Positions 38,138 through 54,600 of a DNA stretch of 64,000 nt are shown here, piece after piece (positions within the stretch are counted from its first letter, which is position 1; every line of letters starts with the position of its first letter). The translations under genes and the position numbers were made by a program. Source of the DNA: Piromyces finnis finn. Its lineage: Eukaryota > Fungi > Neocallimastigomycota. The notes under the pieces were generated by a model. It saw only the letters and a list, made by a program, of their open reading frames with translations, was not told the DNA's origin and searched no databases. The stretch is taken from positions 1-64,000 of the forward strand of contig MCFH01000095.1 of the NCBI GenBank assembly GCA_002104945.1, written 5' to 3'.

Positions 38138-41100
38138 GTTGTTGTTGTTGTTGTTGCTGCTGTTGTTATTAACTTTATTATAAATTCATATATTACCTTT
38201 TGAAAAATTACATATATTACCATGTATTTTACAATTTGAAGAAACTGATTTTATATTTAAAGCTATATTGGAATAGTATTTATATAAATCAGTTACGGTT
38301 TGATTAAATTTGTCATAAAGAATAAATTCAAATGGAAACGTCATTCCACTCATAATATCAAATTTTTTATTATTTTCATTTATATATTTTACATAGTAAG
38401 GACTTGTAGCAAAATTATTTCCATGGGAAATAGCTACATTATTTTTATATTCAATCAAGGATTTATTATTTAAATTAAAATGAGTGTTATCGGCATTGCT
38501 AATATATATTGCTCCTCCTGCATAAGCATGATTATCAATAAAGCTAACATTTTTTAGAGTAGACAATTCTAAGTAGGATATATTAAAATCAGAATAAATT
38601 GCACCACCGAAATAATTGGCATTATTACTTTTAAATATTATATTCTCTAATTTTAATGAATATTTATCATTAATATTAACGTCACGAACTTTTTCATTAA
38701 AATATATTACACCACCGTTTAATGCCGAATTATTTTCAAAGACAGTGGTATTAATGTTAATACTTAATTTATTATAATTCATAAAGCATCTGTAAAATAT
38801 TTTAAATATACAAAAATGTTAATATTTAGCAACAATATTATTTCTTAATATACATTTCTATTTCTATTCGTTGATAGTTAAAATAACAATTTTATATTTT
38901 AAATTAACTACTAACAATGAACCTCCATTATTTTTAACATTATTATTTTTAAATATGGAATTTTCAACATTAAAGAATGTGCTATTGTAATTTGTTATTA
39001 ACCCACATTTCCATTTATTAATATTTTCATTATTTGTTATAACAGAACTATCAATAGAAATGTTTGCCTATTTTATAAAAAATTTTAAAAAAAATTTTTC
39101 TTTGTTAAATATTTTTTTTTATTATTAGGTAATAAACTATAATTGAGGAAATACAAACATCTATAGATTGATTATTTATTAAAGCACCGTAGGAATGGAT
39201 TTTATCAATTTTTACGTTAAACATTTTTATAATAGGTTTATTTCCATTAATAGTAATCATATCACCATTTGTTTTACAATTTTCGATGATAACATTTTTT
39301 ATGTCAAAAGTATTACTATTTTCCCCCGAATCAAATATTATTAATGATGAATTATCACTATCCCCATTACATAAAATATTTTTAAATTCACAATCTTCTA
39401 TTATAACAGAATTATACATGAAATTAATCATAGTTTTTGAATTTGTAATTATATCAGAAAATGTGGTGTTCATAAAAATAAGTTTTCCCTGATCCATAAA
39501 TAAACTACTTTTATGAGAACTATCAATAATTAATAGAAATGACATAAAATATATATGTATATAATAATACACATAATACACATTATCATTTTTATATATT
39601 ATTAGTTTTAGTTACTTTGATATATATATTCTTTTATTTTTCAAAACTTACACTATATTACTAAAAACAGAATCAACTATAGATACATTAGAATATAGAG
39701 CATTCATGATCACTGGAATTGAACTAATTGATGTGATGTTTGAAAACTTTGTGTTTTTTATTGAAATAATATTATTTTTCCCTTCCATTAGAGAATTTAT
39801 ATCTTTATTATAAAATGTTTTATATATTATATTAAAATATTTTTTTTAGTATTGTAATAATTAAAATATTAAATGATATAATGAAAAAATAATTACTGCT
39901 AAATTCACTGTCTTCTATTGTAACTTTAAATTGACTGTATGAACTATTAGATAATGTTCGAAAAGAAACAATATATCCATAATACGATAGACAATTAAGG
40001 AATTTTGTATTAATAATACTAATTGGAAAATATATATATATATAATAGAAAAATAAAATAAAAAAATTAATAAATATATCGTCAGCTATGTATAATATTA
40101 TTTTTATTTATTTTCTACAACCTTAAAGACGACTCATATAAATTAAATAATGGAATATTATAATTAACAATATTATTATTAAAAATAGAATCTACAAATA
40201 CCAATTTATTTCCATAATTTTTATCTGAATATACAATGGATCCTCCATATTCACTGTCTCCATATATATTAGTAAAATTACCTTTTTAAAGATGTTCAAT
40301 TTAAATAAAAAGAAAATAATATGAATAATTTTTATAATAATTTTTCTTTACCATATTTTACAATCATTAAAAATTTAATAAATAATACGTACAATGATCA
40401 AAAGTTACATTTCCAAATTCTAGTTTCACTACACTTTTTACATTTTCAAAATAGCAATTTTTAAAATATGAATGAAAACAGTCAATTGATTGAAATAAAG
40501 AGGAAATCTTTTGAATATCATTATGATTAGAACTGAAAATTTGATCTGAATCTCTTTTATATTAATAATTATTAATATCAGAAAAAAAAAAAAGAATAGT
40601 ATTATTTAATTATTCATAGTTTAAGTATGTTCTGTAAATTTACTTTATACATACAGAAATTTACAATTATTAAAAATAACCTGAGGTGTTGTTTGATAAG
40701 ATTTTGTACAAGATACATGAGTATAAAATGTGATTTTTTTATTATTTTTAAAAGTACAATTGTCAAATTCAACGGTATATCTATTTGTTTTGTCTGTGGT
40801 AGTAAAATGTGTAGCCGCTGAGAGCTCTGTAGTAAAACCATCATAATTATAAAATGTTATATTACGAAAGGTGATTTTTTTATCTACTGCTCCAGCAATA
40901 ATATTTAAATATAGATTCGTTGTTTCAGTGGATTGAAAATCAAATATAGTTCCATTTTCACTATGGAAAGTTAAATTATTTTGTATATTAAATAAATTTC
41001 TACCATGTTGTGGTAATTTATAATAATCATCAATTAATAGTATTTGAACATTATAACTTCTTAATAAGATATTTACATTTTCTGCTAAATCGAATAAAAC

Positions 41101-41211
41101 CTCTTCATCATTATTAATAACAAGGTCATATGATAAAGCTTTATCAATCAAATATATTATAAAATAAACAAAGTATACAATAAGATATATCCTCTTTAGT
41201 AACATTTTCAT
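36117..41211 (-). CDS. Multi-exon 7TM receptor with a beta-helix (pectin-lyase-like/PbH) ectodomain and a Cys-rich linker
   Basis: Signal peptide; ITFRNITF, VEFDNCTFKNN and repeated GGAIY/GGVIY motifs; Cys-rich segment (CPVSSGRALCLK...CQCVNGWKGKDCH); multiple TM helices in 36568-37494 and the last exon. Confidence 0.82.
37940..38160. repeat. Intronic (TAT)n microsatellite
   Basis: Seen directly in the sequence. Confidence 0.9.
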
Positions 41212-42177
41212 TGTCTTTTTTTTTTTTTGAATATTAATCATAATTTAAAACATCATTTTTATATTTAGTTTGATATTTTAAAAAAGAAGTATATATTTAT
41301 TTTATAAATATGTAACTATAATGAAAAAAATATTATTTGTGAACCGAAATTATTAAAATTTTAATTCTTTATTAAGAAAAATCTATTAAAGTTTATAGCT
41401 TTCTTTTTATATTATTTCTCCCCTCTAAAAATCAAGTATATAAATTATATTTCAAAAAATAAAAAAAAAAAATTATTATTTTTAGTTAAAAAAAGTTCAT
41501 AAGAAAAGAAAAAGTTTATTTCTTGAAATAAACTTTATAAATATATAAAATAAAAAGTGGAATAAATATATATAGATATATGTAGATGAGAATATCTATT
41601 AAATTTTAAAGAATAAGATAATAAAACAAAAAACAAAAAAAAAAAAACTGGGTTGAATAATAAATAAAGTTAAAGATAAAGATAAAGGACCCAAGTATTA
41701 AAAAAACTTTTATACTATTGATAGTATTCGTACAACTATATTATATATAATATTGAATTCTAGTTTATTTAATAAAAAAATATATAAACTTTTAATTAAA
41801 ACTTATTGCTAAGTCAAGTATTTTACAATAAATGTAATTTTAATTATCTGCTGAAATTAGAGTTATTTTGTGTTTATACTAAAAATGTTGATATCATAAT
41901 GGAATGAATTAATTGAAAATTATATATGTTTTTACTAATAATGTTGAATGTCAATTAATAATATAGTTTATTGACATTCATTTTGATCTTTGTTATTGGT
42001 ATACTTTTTATTTCTTATCGATGAGGCATCCTAATAAAAATTATCTGATATAACAAAATGACCTTCAATTTATTACAACCTATTTGACCGGCAGCCGAGC
42101 AATGACTGTGATTTATATAAACTATAATCATTAAAAAAAAAATTTTTTTAAATATATAAATTAATAAATAAATAAAT

Positions 42178-42183
42178 ACTAAG

Positions 42184-42255
<72 letters not shown>
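42178..42255. repeat. (TAAA)n tetranucleotide repeat
   Basis: Seen directly in the sequence. Confidence 0.9.
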
Positions 42256-42506
42256 AGATAAATAAATTTTAATTTATTGATTTATCCTTTTTTTTTTTTT
42301 TTTTACAGAAATAAAAATCTTAGTATTTTAAAAAATGAAAATATAGATAGAATATTTAAAAACAGTTAATATTAATAAAGATTGTTATATTTATTTCTAT
42401 TTATTTTATAAATATGAAAAATAAAAATAATATAATGAAAGCATTATAAAAAATCTAATAATAATTCATGTAATATTAATTTTAATTTATAAAAATTAAT
42501 AACAAA

Positions 42507-48179
<5,673 letters not shown>

Positions 48180-48800
48180 ACTTTATTTTTTTTTTTTCTT
48201 TCATTTTTTTTTCATTTTTTTTCATTCTTGTTAAAACACATAATAATAATAATAGCATAATTATTTTTTAAATAATAACAAAACACACACATACACATAC
48301 ACATAAAACATAACGCAAACTATATCGAATTTCTTTTTCTTTTTTTTTTTTTTTTCTCATCCTTTCTCTACAATATGTAAAGATATTAAATGTTATAAAA
48401 CATTAATTTTGGATAATATAATCATAAAACTATGATGATTATTCTTTATTTTTTTTTTTTTATCTATTTTCAATAAAATCAATTTAATCTATAAGTTTTC
48501 AATTAAAATAAAAATCGTTTTTTTTAAATAAATATCTTTTTATAATTATGGTATAGAAATAATTATATTTTAACTATTATAATCAATTATATAGTAAATA
48601 TTCATAGATATTCATGTTCTATGAATTAAATATTACAATTTGTATAATGATAGGTGATTTTATTTTATATTGTTGAAATAGTTAATAGTAAAATAAAATG
48701 TATATCAATTGAACATTTATAAACGTTGTTATCTTATGTCAACTATCTTTTAGGGTCAAATTTATTAAAATATTTTTAGTTCAAAAACCAAAATTAAATC

Positions 48801-48871
48801 TGCGTTAACCGGGAATCGAACCCGGGCCATTTGCTTGGAAGGCAAATATTCTACCTCTATACTATTAACGC
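48801..48871 (-). tRNA. tRNA-Gly(TCC)
   Basis: GCGTTAA/TTAACGC acceptor stem, anticodon loop CTTCCAA, GGTTCGATTCC T-arm, 71 nt. Confidence 0.95.
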
Positions 48872-48887
48872 TTTAATTTTAATAAAA

Positions 48888-48995
48888 TGGTACACCACAT
48901 TCAGAAAAATGCAATAAATCCATATATTTGGTAAATGAAATAACCCTTATAATATATATGGATTTAAATATTTTTATTTAATAAATTTATATAAC

Positions 48996-49043
<48 letters not shown>

Positions 49044-50101
49044 TTCCGAGTGCATTTCTCCCATCGATCAGAGTTAGCTCCAATGGTGGTTCTTAGAGAA
49101 ACGTTGGCTCATTCCTATTGCTAGGTGGTTGTGACCCTCCTGGTCTGTCATACTGTTTCTTCAGCTTCGACGCTCACTTAATCCATGTACATTAGATGCA
49201 TGTCGTTGTACGATATTTCACAACTACAATGCTAAGCCTCTTATAGTCAATTTGATCACGTGTCAACCGCCCCTAATGTTTACACTTAAATTGATTAAGG
49301 AATATTATGTGTTTTTGGCATAGCCTAAGTCACCACTTATTAAGTTCTAATTTGGAATGTACCATGTACACTAGACCCTCTCAGGCCGGCTAGACGAGTG
49401 TTATTATCATAGTAGTAAATTAGAAAGTTCATTTATACTTACCTGAATATCATAACCCAACCCATGGCAAACCCAGTGGGAAAATCCACAGGCACTGACA
49501 TCTGCGGGGTCGAACCAGAAGCCTTATGTATGCTAAGGAAACGCCTTAACAACCAGGATAAAAACTGGAACGATTATATAACGATAGTAATAATAAGAAT
49601 GGTAAATTAAATTAAATTAATAACTTATAAATAATTTATTAAAGTAAAATAAACTTTTTATAATTTAATATAAGGATGATAAAAATATAATTATATAAGG
49701 AGGAGAAAGACGCGTATATATATATAAAAGAAAAGAAGAGTTTTTAGTTTTAGTTAGTTTTTAGTTAGTTTATATTAGTTATATTATAAATAAAATAAAG
49801 ATAAGGTGATAATAATAGAAGAATAAATAATATTATTGTTAGATTTAGTGAAGGAATTAATAATAATATTAGTTTATTTTCTAAGATTATACCTATTTTT
49901 AAAACAAATAATAATATAAAATAATAATAAATAATACTTATAAATAATAAAGCTTGTAATAAAAATAATAAAATAATAAACAAAATAATAAAATAATATA
50001 TAATCAAAAAATATTCATCTAGAATATAAATTTGTTATTTATAACTGTTGTAGTGTCCCAAACAATAAAGAAAAAGGTACTTATAATAAAATTCTGTACC
50101 A
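48888..50101 (+). repeat. 5' LTR (1214 bp, including the nested insertion)
   Basis: Matches the 3' LTR on both sides of the insertion; 1214-627 = 587 = 575 + 12-bp TSD. Confidence 0.95.
48999..49573 (-). mobile_element. Poly(A)-tailed SINE-like retroposed element
   Basis: T-run 48999-49040 (poly-A on the minus strand); 12-bp TSD TTATATAACGAT at 48987-48998 and 49574-49585; absent from the 3' LTR; B-box-like GGTTCGACCCC near its 5' end. Confidence 0.88.
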
Positions 50102-50107
50102 AGTTTT

Positions 50108-50124
50108 TGGTGGAGAATCCGGGC
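50108..50124 (+). promoter_or_regulatory. Primer binding site, probably tRNA-Ala
   Basis: TGGTGGAGAATCCGGGC, 6 nt after the LTR end, complementary to a ...ATTCTCCACCA tRNA 3' end. Confidence 0.8.
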
Positions 50125-50182
50125 GTACAACAAGCAAATTTATGAAAATAGATGAGTAATAGATAGAGATTATACAAAAAAA

Positions 50183-50222
<40 letters not shown>

Positions 50223-50606
50223 TTTATAATAATAATAATAATAATAATAAATTAATATATATAATAATAATAATAAATTATATATAACTATTAAATTATA
50301 TTATTTTAATTATTTAATTTGAAGAATACACATATTTCCACCAACCGCTTTGGGTAGATCGCGGCTGTTGAATGAAAAACTTCTTAGCTAAAGGCCTTCT
50401 ACACCAAAGTCGATAATATAAGTAGTTCTAAGAATTAAATTTATTAAAATAAAATAGTTTATATTTATATATAAAATATACCATAAATTTATAATTAATA
50501 CGCGTGTTAATAATAATAAAAATATAAAAATATATACAATTAGAAATCACGCGATATAATAAACAGACAAACAATAATAAGAGTAATATTAGTTCATCTT
50601 TGAGAA

Positions 50607-51641
50607 ATGGATTTAACTACTATACGTAAAGAGGTTCCCAAACTTGATAACTATGGGAAGAATGTATGGGAATGGGTAGTGGATATGAACGACTTTTTGG
50701 ATCTCTATGATTTAATTGAGCCTAGACAAGTGTATAATTGGGCTATGGCCGCAGTAGAGTCTGATACCAAAGAAGTTGTAAGAAGGTTAAAAATAAGAAG
50801 AAATAATGAAGTCCATTACCCATCACTTAAAGAAATACAAATAGCCATCGAAGAAGATATGAAGATTACTGAGGGAGATAAATGGACCCTACTTAGAAAC
50901 ATGAATATTGCGGAAGGAGAAACTATAAAAAAGTTTAATTATAGATATCGAAACTTGTATCATAATCTAAGTAGGGAATATCAGAAATTAATAACAGTGA
51001 AGGAATATAGAGACTCTATTAGTGCTCGTGTCTATCCGTGCTCCCAGGTAGGAATGTCTGATTGTGAGAACCTACAAGAAGCTTACAAAATTGCTGAACG
51101 AGCTGAAAATACTGAGAGAGAAATTAAAGAGAAAAACAATGAACAAGTTAACCAAAGGAGAGGAACAAGGAATGTTACTTTAGCTGCCCAAAGTGATAAT
51201 GTTCTATTAAATCATCCGATTTATACTGGACTTATGAATGATAATAAAGAGGATTCGCATAATTCATATTACGACAGGAAGAATATTAACCAGAACTTTA
51301 GATATCCATATTTCAATAGAACTAGGACTAGCTACCGCAGAGTTTATGGAGGACAGTCTAATTGGAGCAACACCAATGGTTACGTAAATCAACAGAATGA
51401 TAATAATAGTAGAATGGGTTTAATCCCTTATCAAGGCATGAATAAATCTTATTCTACAACAAGAAATGCGGAAAAAAGGGTATCCCTGATAGAACCAACC
51501 AATGCTATTCCAAGGGAGATTGATGAAAGAAATTCCGATATAAAATGTTTCAGATGTGGACAAAATGGACACAAACGTATAGAATGTCCATATACTTTTA
51601 AACAACTTGCCGAAATGGAAGAAAAGGGGCTTTTAAACTAA
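50607..51641 (+). CDS. gag: Retrotransposon Gag with a CCHC zinc knuckle
   Basis: CFRCGQNGHKRIEC; retrotransposon capsid-like N-terminal region. Confidence 0.93.
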   Translation: MDLTTIRKEVPKLDNYGKNVWEWVVDMNDFLDLYDLIEPRQVYNWAMAAVESDTKEVVRRLKIRRNNEVHYPSLKEIQIAIEEDMKITEGDKWTLLRNMNIAEGETIKKFNYRYRNLYHNLSREYQKLITVKEYRDSISARVYPCSQVGMSDCENLQEAYKIAERAENTEREIKEKNNEQVNQRRGTRNVTLAAQSDNVLLNHPIYTGLMNDNKEDSHNSYYDRKNINQNFRYPYFNRTRTSYRRVYGGQSNWSNTNGYVNQQNDNNSRMGLIPYQGMNKSYSTTRNAEKRVSLIEPTNAIPREIDERNSDIKCFRCGQNGHKRIECPYTFKQLAEMEEKGLLN

Positions 51642-51666
51642 ACTCTGGGAGAAGGACAACTCCCAG
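51632..51666 (+). promoter_or_regulatory. -1 programmed ribosomal frameshift signal
   Basis: T_TTA_AAC slippery heptamer in gag phase, 6-nt spacer, hairpin CTGGGAG/CTCCCAG; the -1 frame is open into pol. Confidence 0.85.
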
Positions 51667-51685
51667 TAAACAAACCAATCTATCG

Positions 51686-54600
51686 GTGGTACAACCAACG
51701 GTAGATAAAACCATAATTAATACTAATACCTCAAATAATAATTACCGAGAGCCTTCGTCTATAACCTTGGTTACAACGAAGAAATCAAAAGACACAAATA
51801 GCAAAGCTAAAAATGCGCACAAGGAAACAACCAGCCAAATAAAGAGAATGCATGAGAATAAACTACAGCGAAATCCTATGCCTATTAAAACTGCTGCTAT
51901 GAAGTATAATGAGCAATTAGATAAGAGAAGGAATTATATAAATAATAATGATAAGGAGATGAACTTGGACACTTCTGAAATTATAACAATAGATTCTGAT
52001 GGAAAATCAACCAAAGATGAAAATAAGTTAATAGAAACCATAGGAAAAGAAGAAATGGAAGAGGAGTTGGATGATATAAATGAAGAATTGGGCAAGAATG
52101 ATAAGAGCAAAGCAACAACTCCTAAGGAAAATAGAAAATTAAACAAAGTAGAGAAGTTAGAACACTTGGATGTATCCTATCTAAATGATAAAAGAATAGA
52201 GAATGTAAAGAAGAAAAATCGGGAAGAAAGAAATGCTGAAATGAAGAAACAAGAAAGGAAGGAAATAGATAAAATAAACCCTAACTCACCGCAAGAACAA
52301 ATTTTAAATATTGAAAAACACATACGTCTAATGGATGGTTTTGAAGAGTTCAAGGTAGATGATTTAGTTAAAGAAGTAGCTTCAACAGAAGTGGTAACAA
52401 AACTTGTGAATTTATTAGACCTGTTCCCAAAATTCCGCACAGCATTTGCCCAGAAGTTGAAATTAACACCAAAATTCAAAAATGCAGTAACAAATGCTGT
52501 CACCTTGCTTGGAGAACATAAAGTTGTCAAAGTCCGCGGGAAGGTAGAAGATGTGGAGGCTGAAATATTCTTAGATTCATGTGCCAGCGTTAATATGATA
52601 ACAAAGTCAGCACTCCGCAAATTTAGGATTCACAAGCAGCCAGTAGGAAATATTACAGAGACGATATTTCAGGCATATTCCAATACTTCATCGAATACGG
52701 ATATATATAAACTAAAAATCACAATTGGCGAGAAGACTTTCACAGAGATATTTAGGGTTATCGAAAAAGATGATATCTTTGATATATTAATTGGAATCGA
52801 TTCCCTTAAAAGGAATAGGTTTAGTTTAAATTTTGTGGATGATAATTTATATTACATTGATAAAAACAATTCTCCCATGAAAATTGCAGACCTCCATTAT
52901 GATGTAAATCTCCAGGAATCTAAAGGGGAGGATTCAGAGGAGGAAACTATAGAAGAAACACCAATGTTAATAACAGTAGCGATGTCTACCCAGAATGAAG
53001 GAAAAGAAGGAACGTTAGAAACAAAAGAAAATATTATTAATAATATTGTGAATAAAATTCCGAAAGATATTAGAGATGTAGTAAGAAAGCTATTTGATAA
53101 ATTTAATCATGTTATCGCTGTTAAAACTGACGATCTGAGTAGAACAAAATTACTACCTCATCGTATCAGGTTGAAGCCAAACTCGTTTCCTTTTAAACAA
53201 CGAGCATATAGGCTATCAAAAGTGCAAGCAGATGCATTGAAAGAGGAGTTAACCAAGCTGATTAAGAATAAATTAATTGAACCATCCCATTCATCGTGGT
53301 CGTCGCCTGTAGTCTTAGTGCCTAAGAAAAATGGAAAATACCGAATGTGTGTGGATTATCGACGCTTAAATGAATGTACAATAAAGGATTCCTACGCTCT
53401 ACCACTAATTGATGACATACTGTGCTACGTAGGTAAGAAAGCTGTTTTGACTACTATGGATTTGTTTTCGGGTTACCACCAAGTTCCGATGTATCCTGAG
53501 GATGAAGATCTTACATGTTTTACCACTATATATGGAAACTATAATTTCAAGGTAATGCCTTTCGGGTTATGTAATGCCCCAGCTACCTTCCAGAGAGAAA
53601 TGAACAGGATTTTCTTCGACCTTATTGGGAAGTGTGTCTTTATTTATATTGATGATTTGATAGTCTTTTCCAATACAATGGAAGAACATATTAGAGATTT
53701 ATCAAAGGTTTTTAAAATACTCAGGGAAAATGGTTTAAGAATCAACATTGAGAAGTGTCACTTCTTTCAAGAAGAAGTAGAATTGCTAGGCCATGTATTA
53801 TCTAAAGAAGGAATTAAACCAATTCCGGGGAAAACGCAGGTAATCATGAACTGGCTACCACCGAAAAATGTTTCTCAATTGCGTTCGTTTTTAGGGGCTG
53901 TAAGTTACTACCGAAAATTTATTGATAAATTTGCACAATATGCTAAACCATTATTTAAGTTATTAAAGAAAGACGAAGAGTTCAAATGGAGTCCAGAGGC
54001 GAATAATTCATTTGAAATCTTAAAATTAAGACTAATAGAAGCTCCGATATTAATGCCACCGGATTTTGATAAACCATTCAAGATTAGAACAGATGCATCA
54101 CGTAATGGGATAGGTGGAGTGATTTTACAAATAGATGAAGATGGAATGGAGAAACCACTACACTTTGTAAGTAGGACACTGAATAAATCAGAAGAAAACT
54201 ATAGTGTAACAGATTTAGAAGGGACAGCTGCATATTATTGTTCTAGGAAATTCAAGCATTATATAGTAGGAAATACGTTGGAAACTGAATTAATCACCGA
54301 CCATAAACCGCTAGTTGGATTGATTAATAATAGCGAACCAACCAATAATCGACATCTTAAATGGGTCACTACGTTTAGTATATTAAAAATCAAAGTGTTG
54401 TACGAAGAAGGAAAGAAGAATGTAATAGCTGACGCTCTATCAAGATTGACCAGTAAGGAAGAAAGTCAGTTAGCACCAAGACCAAGTCATAACAAACAAA
54501 CAATCAACGTGATCGTGGAGAACAATAGTAATACTACTACTAATAATAAAATAAGTGAGAATAATAATCAATATAAAAATATAAATGATTTTATTAATAG

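Noticed and set aside
49136-49165. CTGAAGA-GAAAC-like motif suggesting a hammerhead ribozyme
   Set aside because: There is no stem II between CUGANGA and GAAA, and I could not assemble the core.
49434-49444. ATACTTACCTG, identical to the U1 snRNA 5' end
   Set aside because: The following sequence does not resemble U1 stem-loops or an Sm site; it is better explained as a 5' splice site on the opposite strand.
49765-50007. Identical 80-aa ORFs here and at 56070-56312
   Set aside because: They are antisense readings of the A-rich LTR and serve only as evidence of LTR identity.
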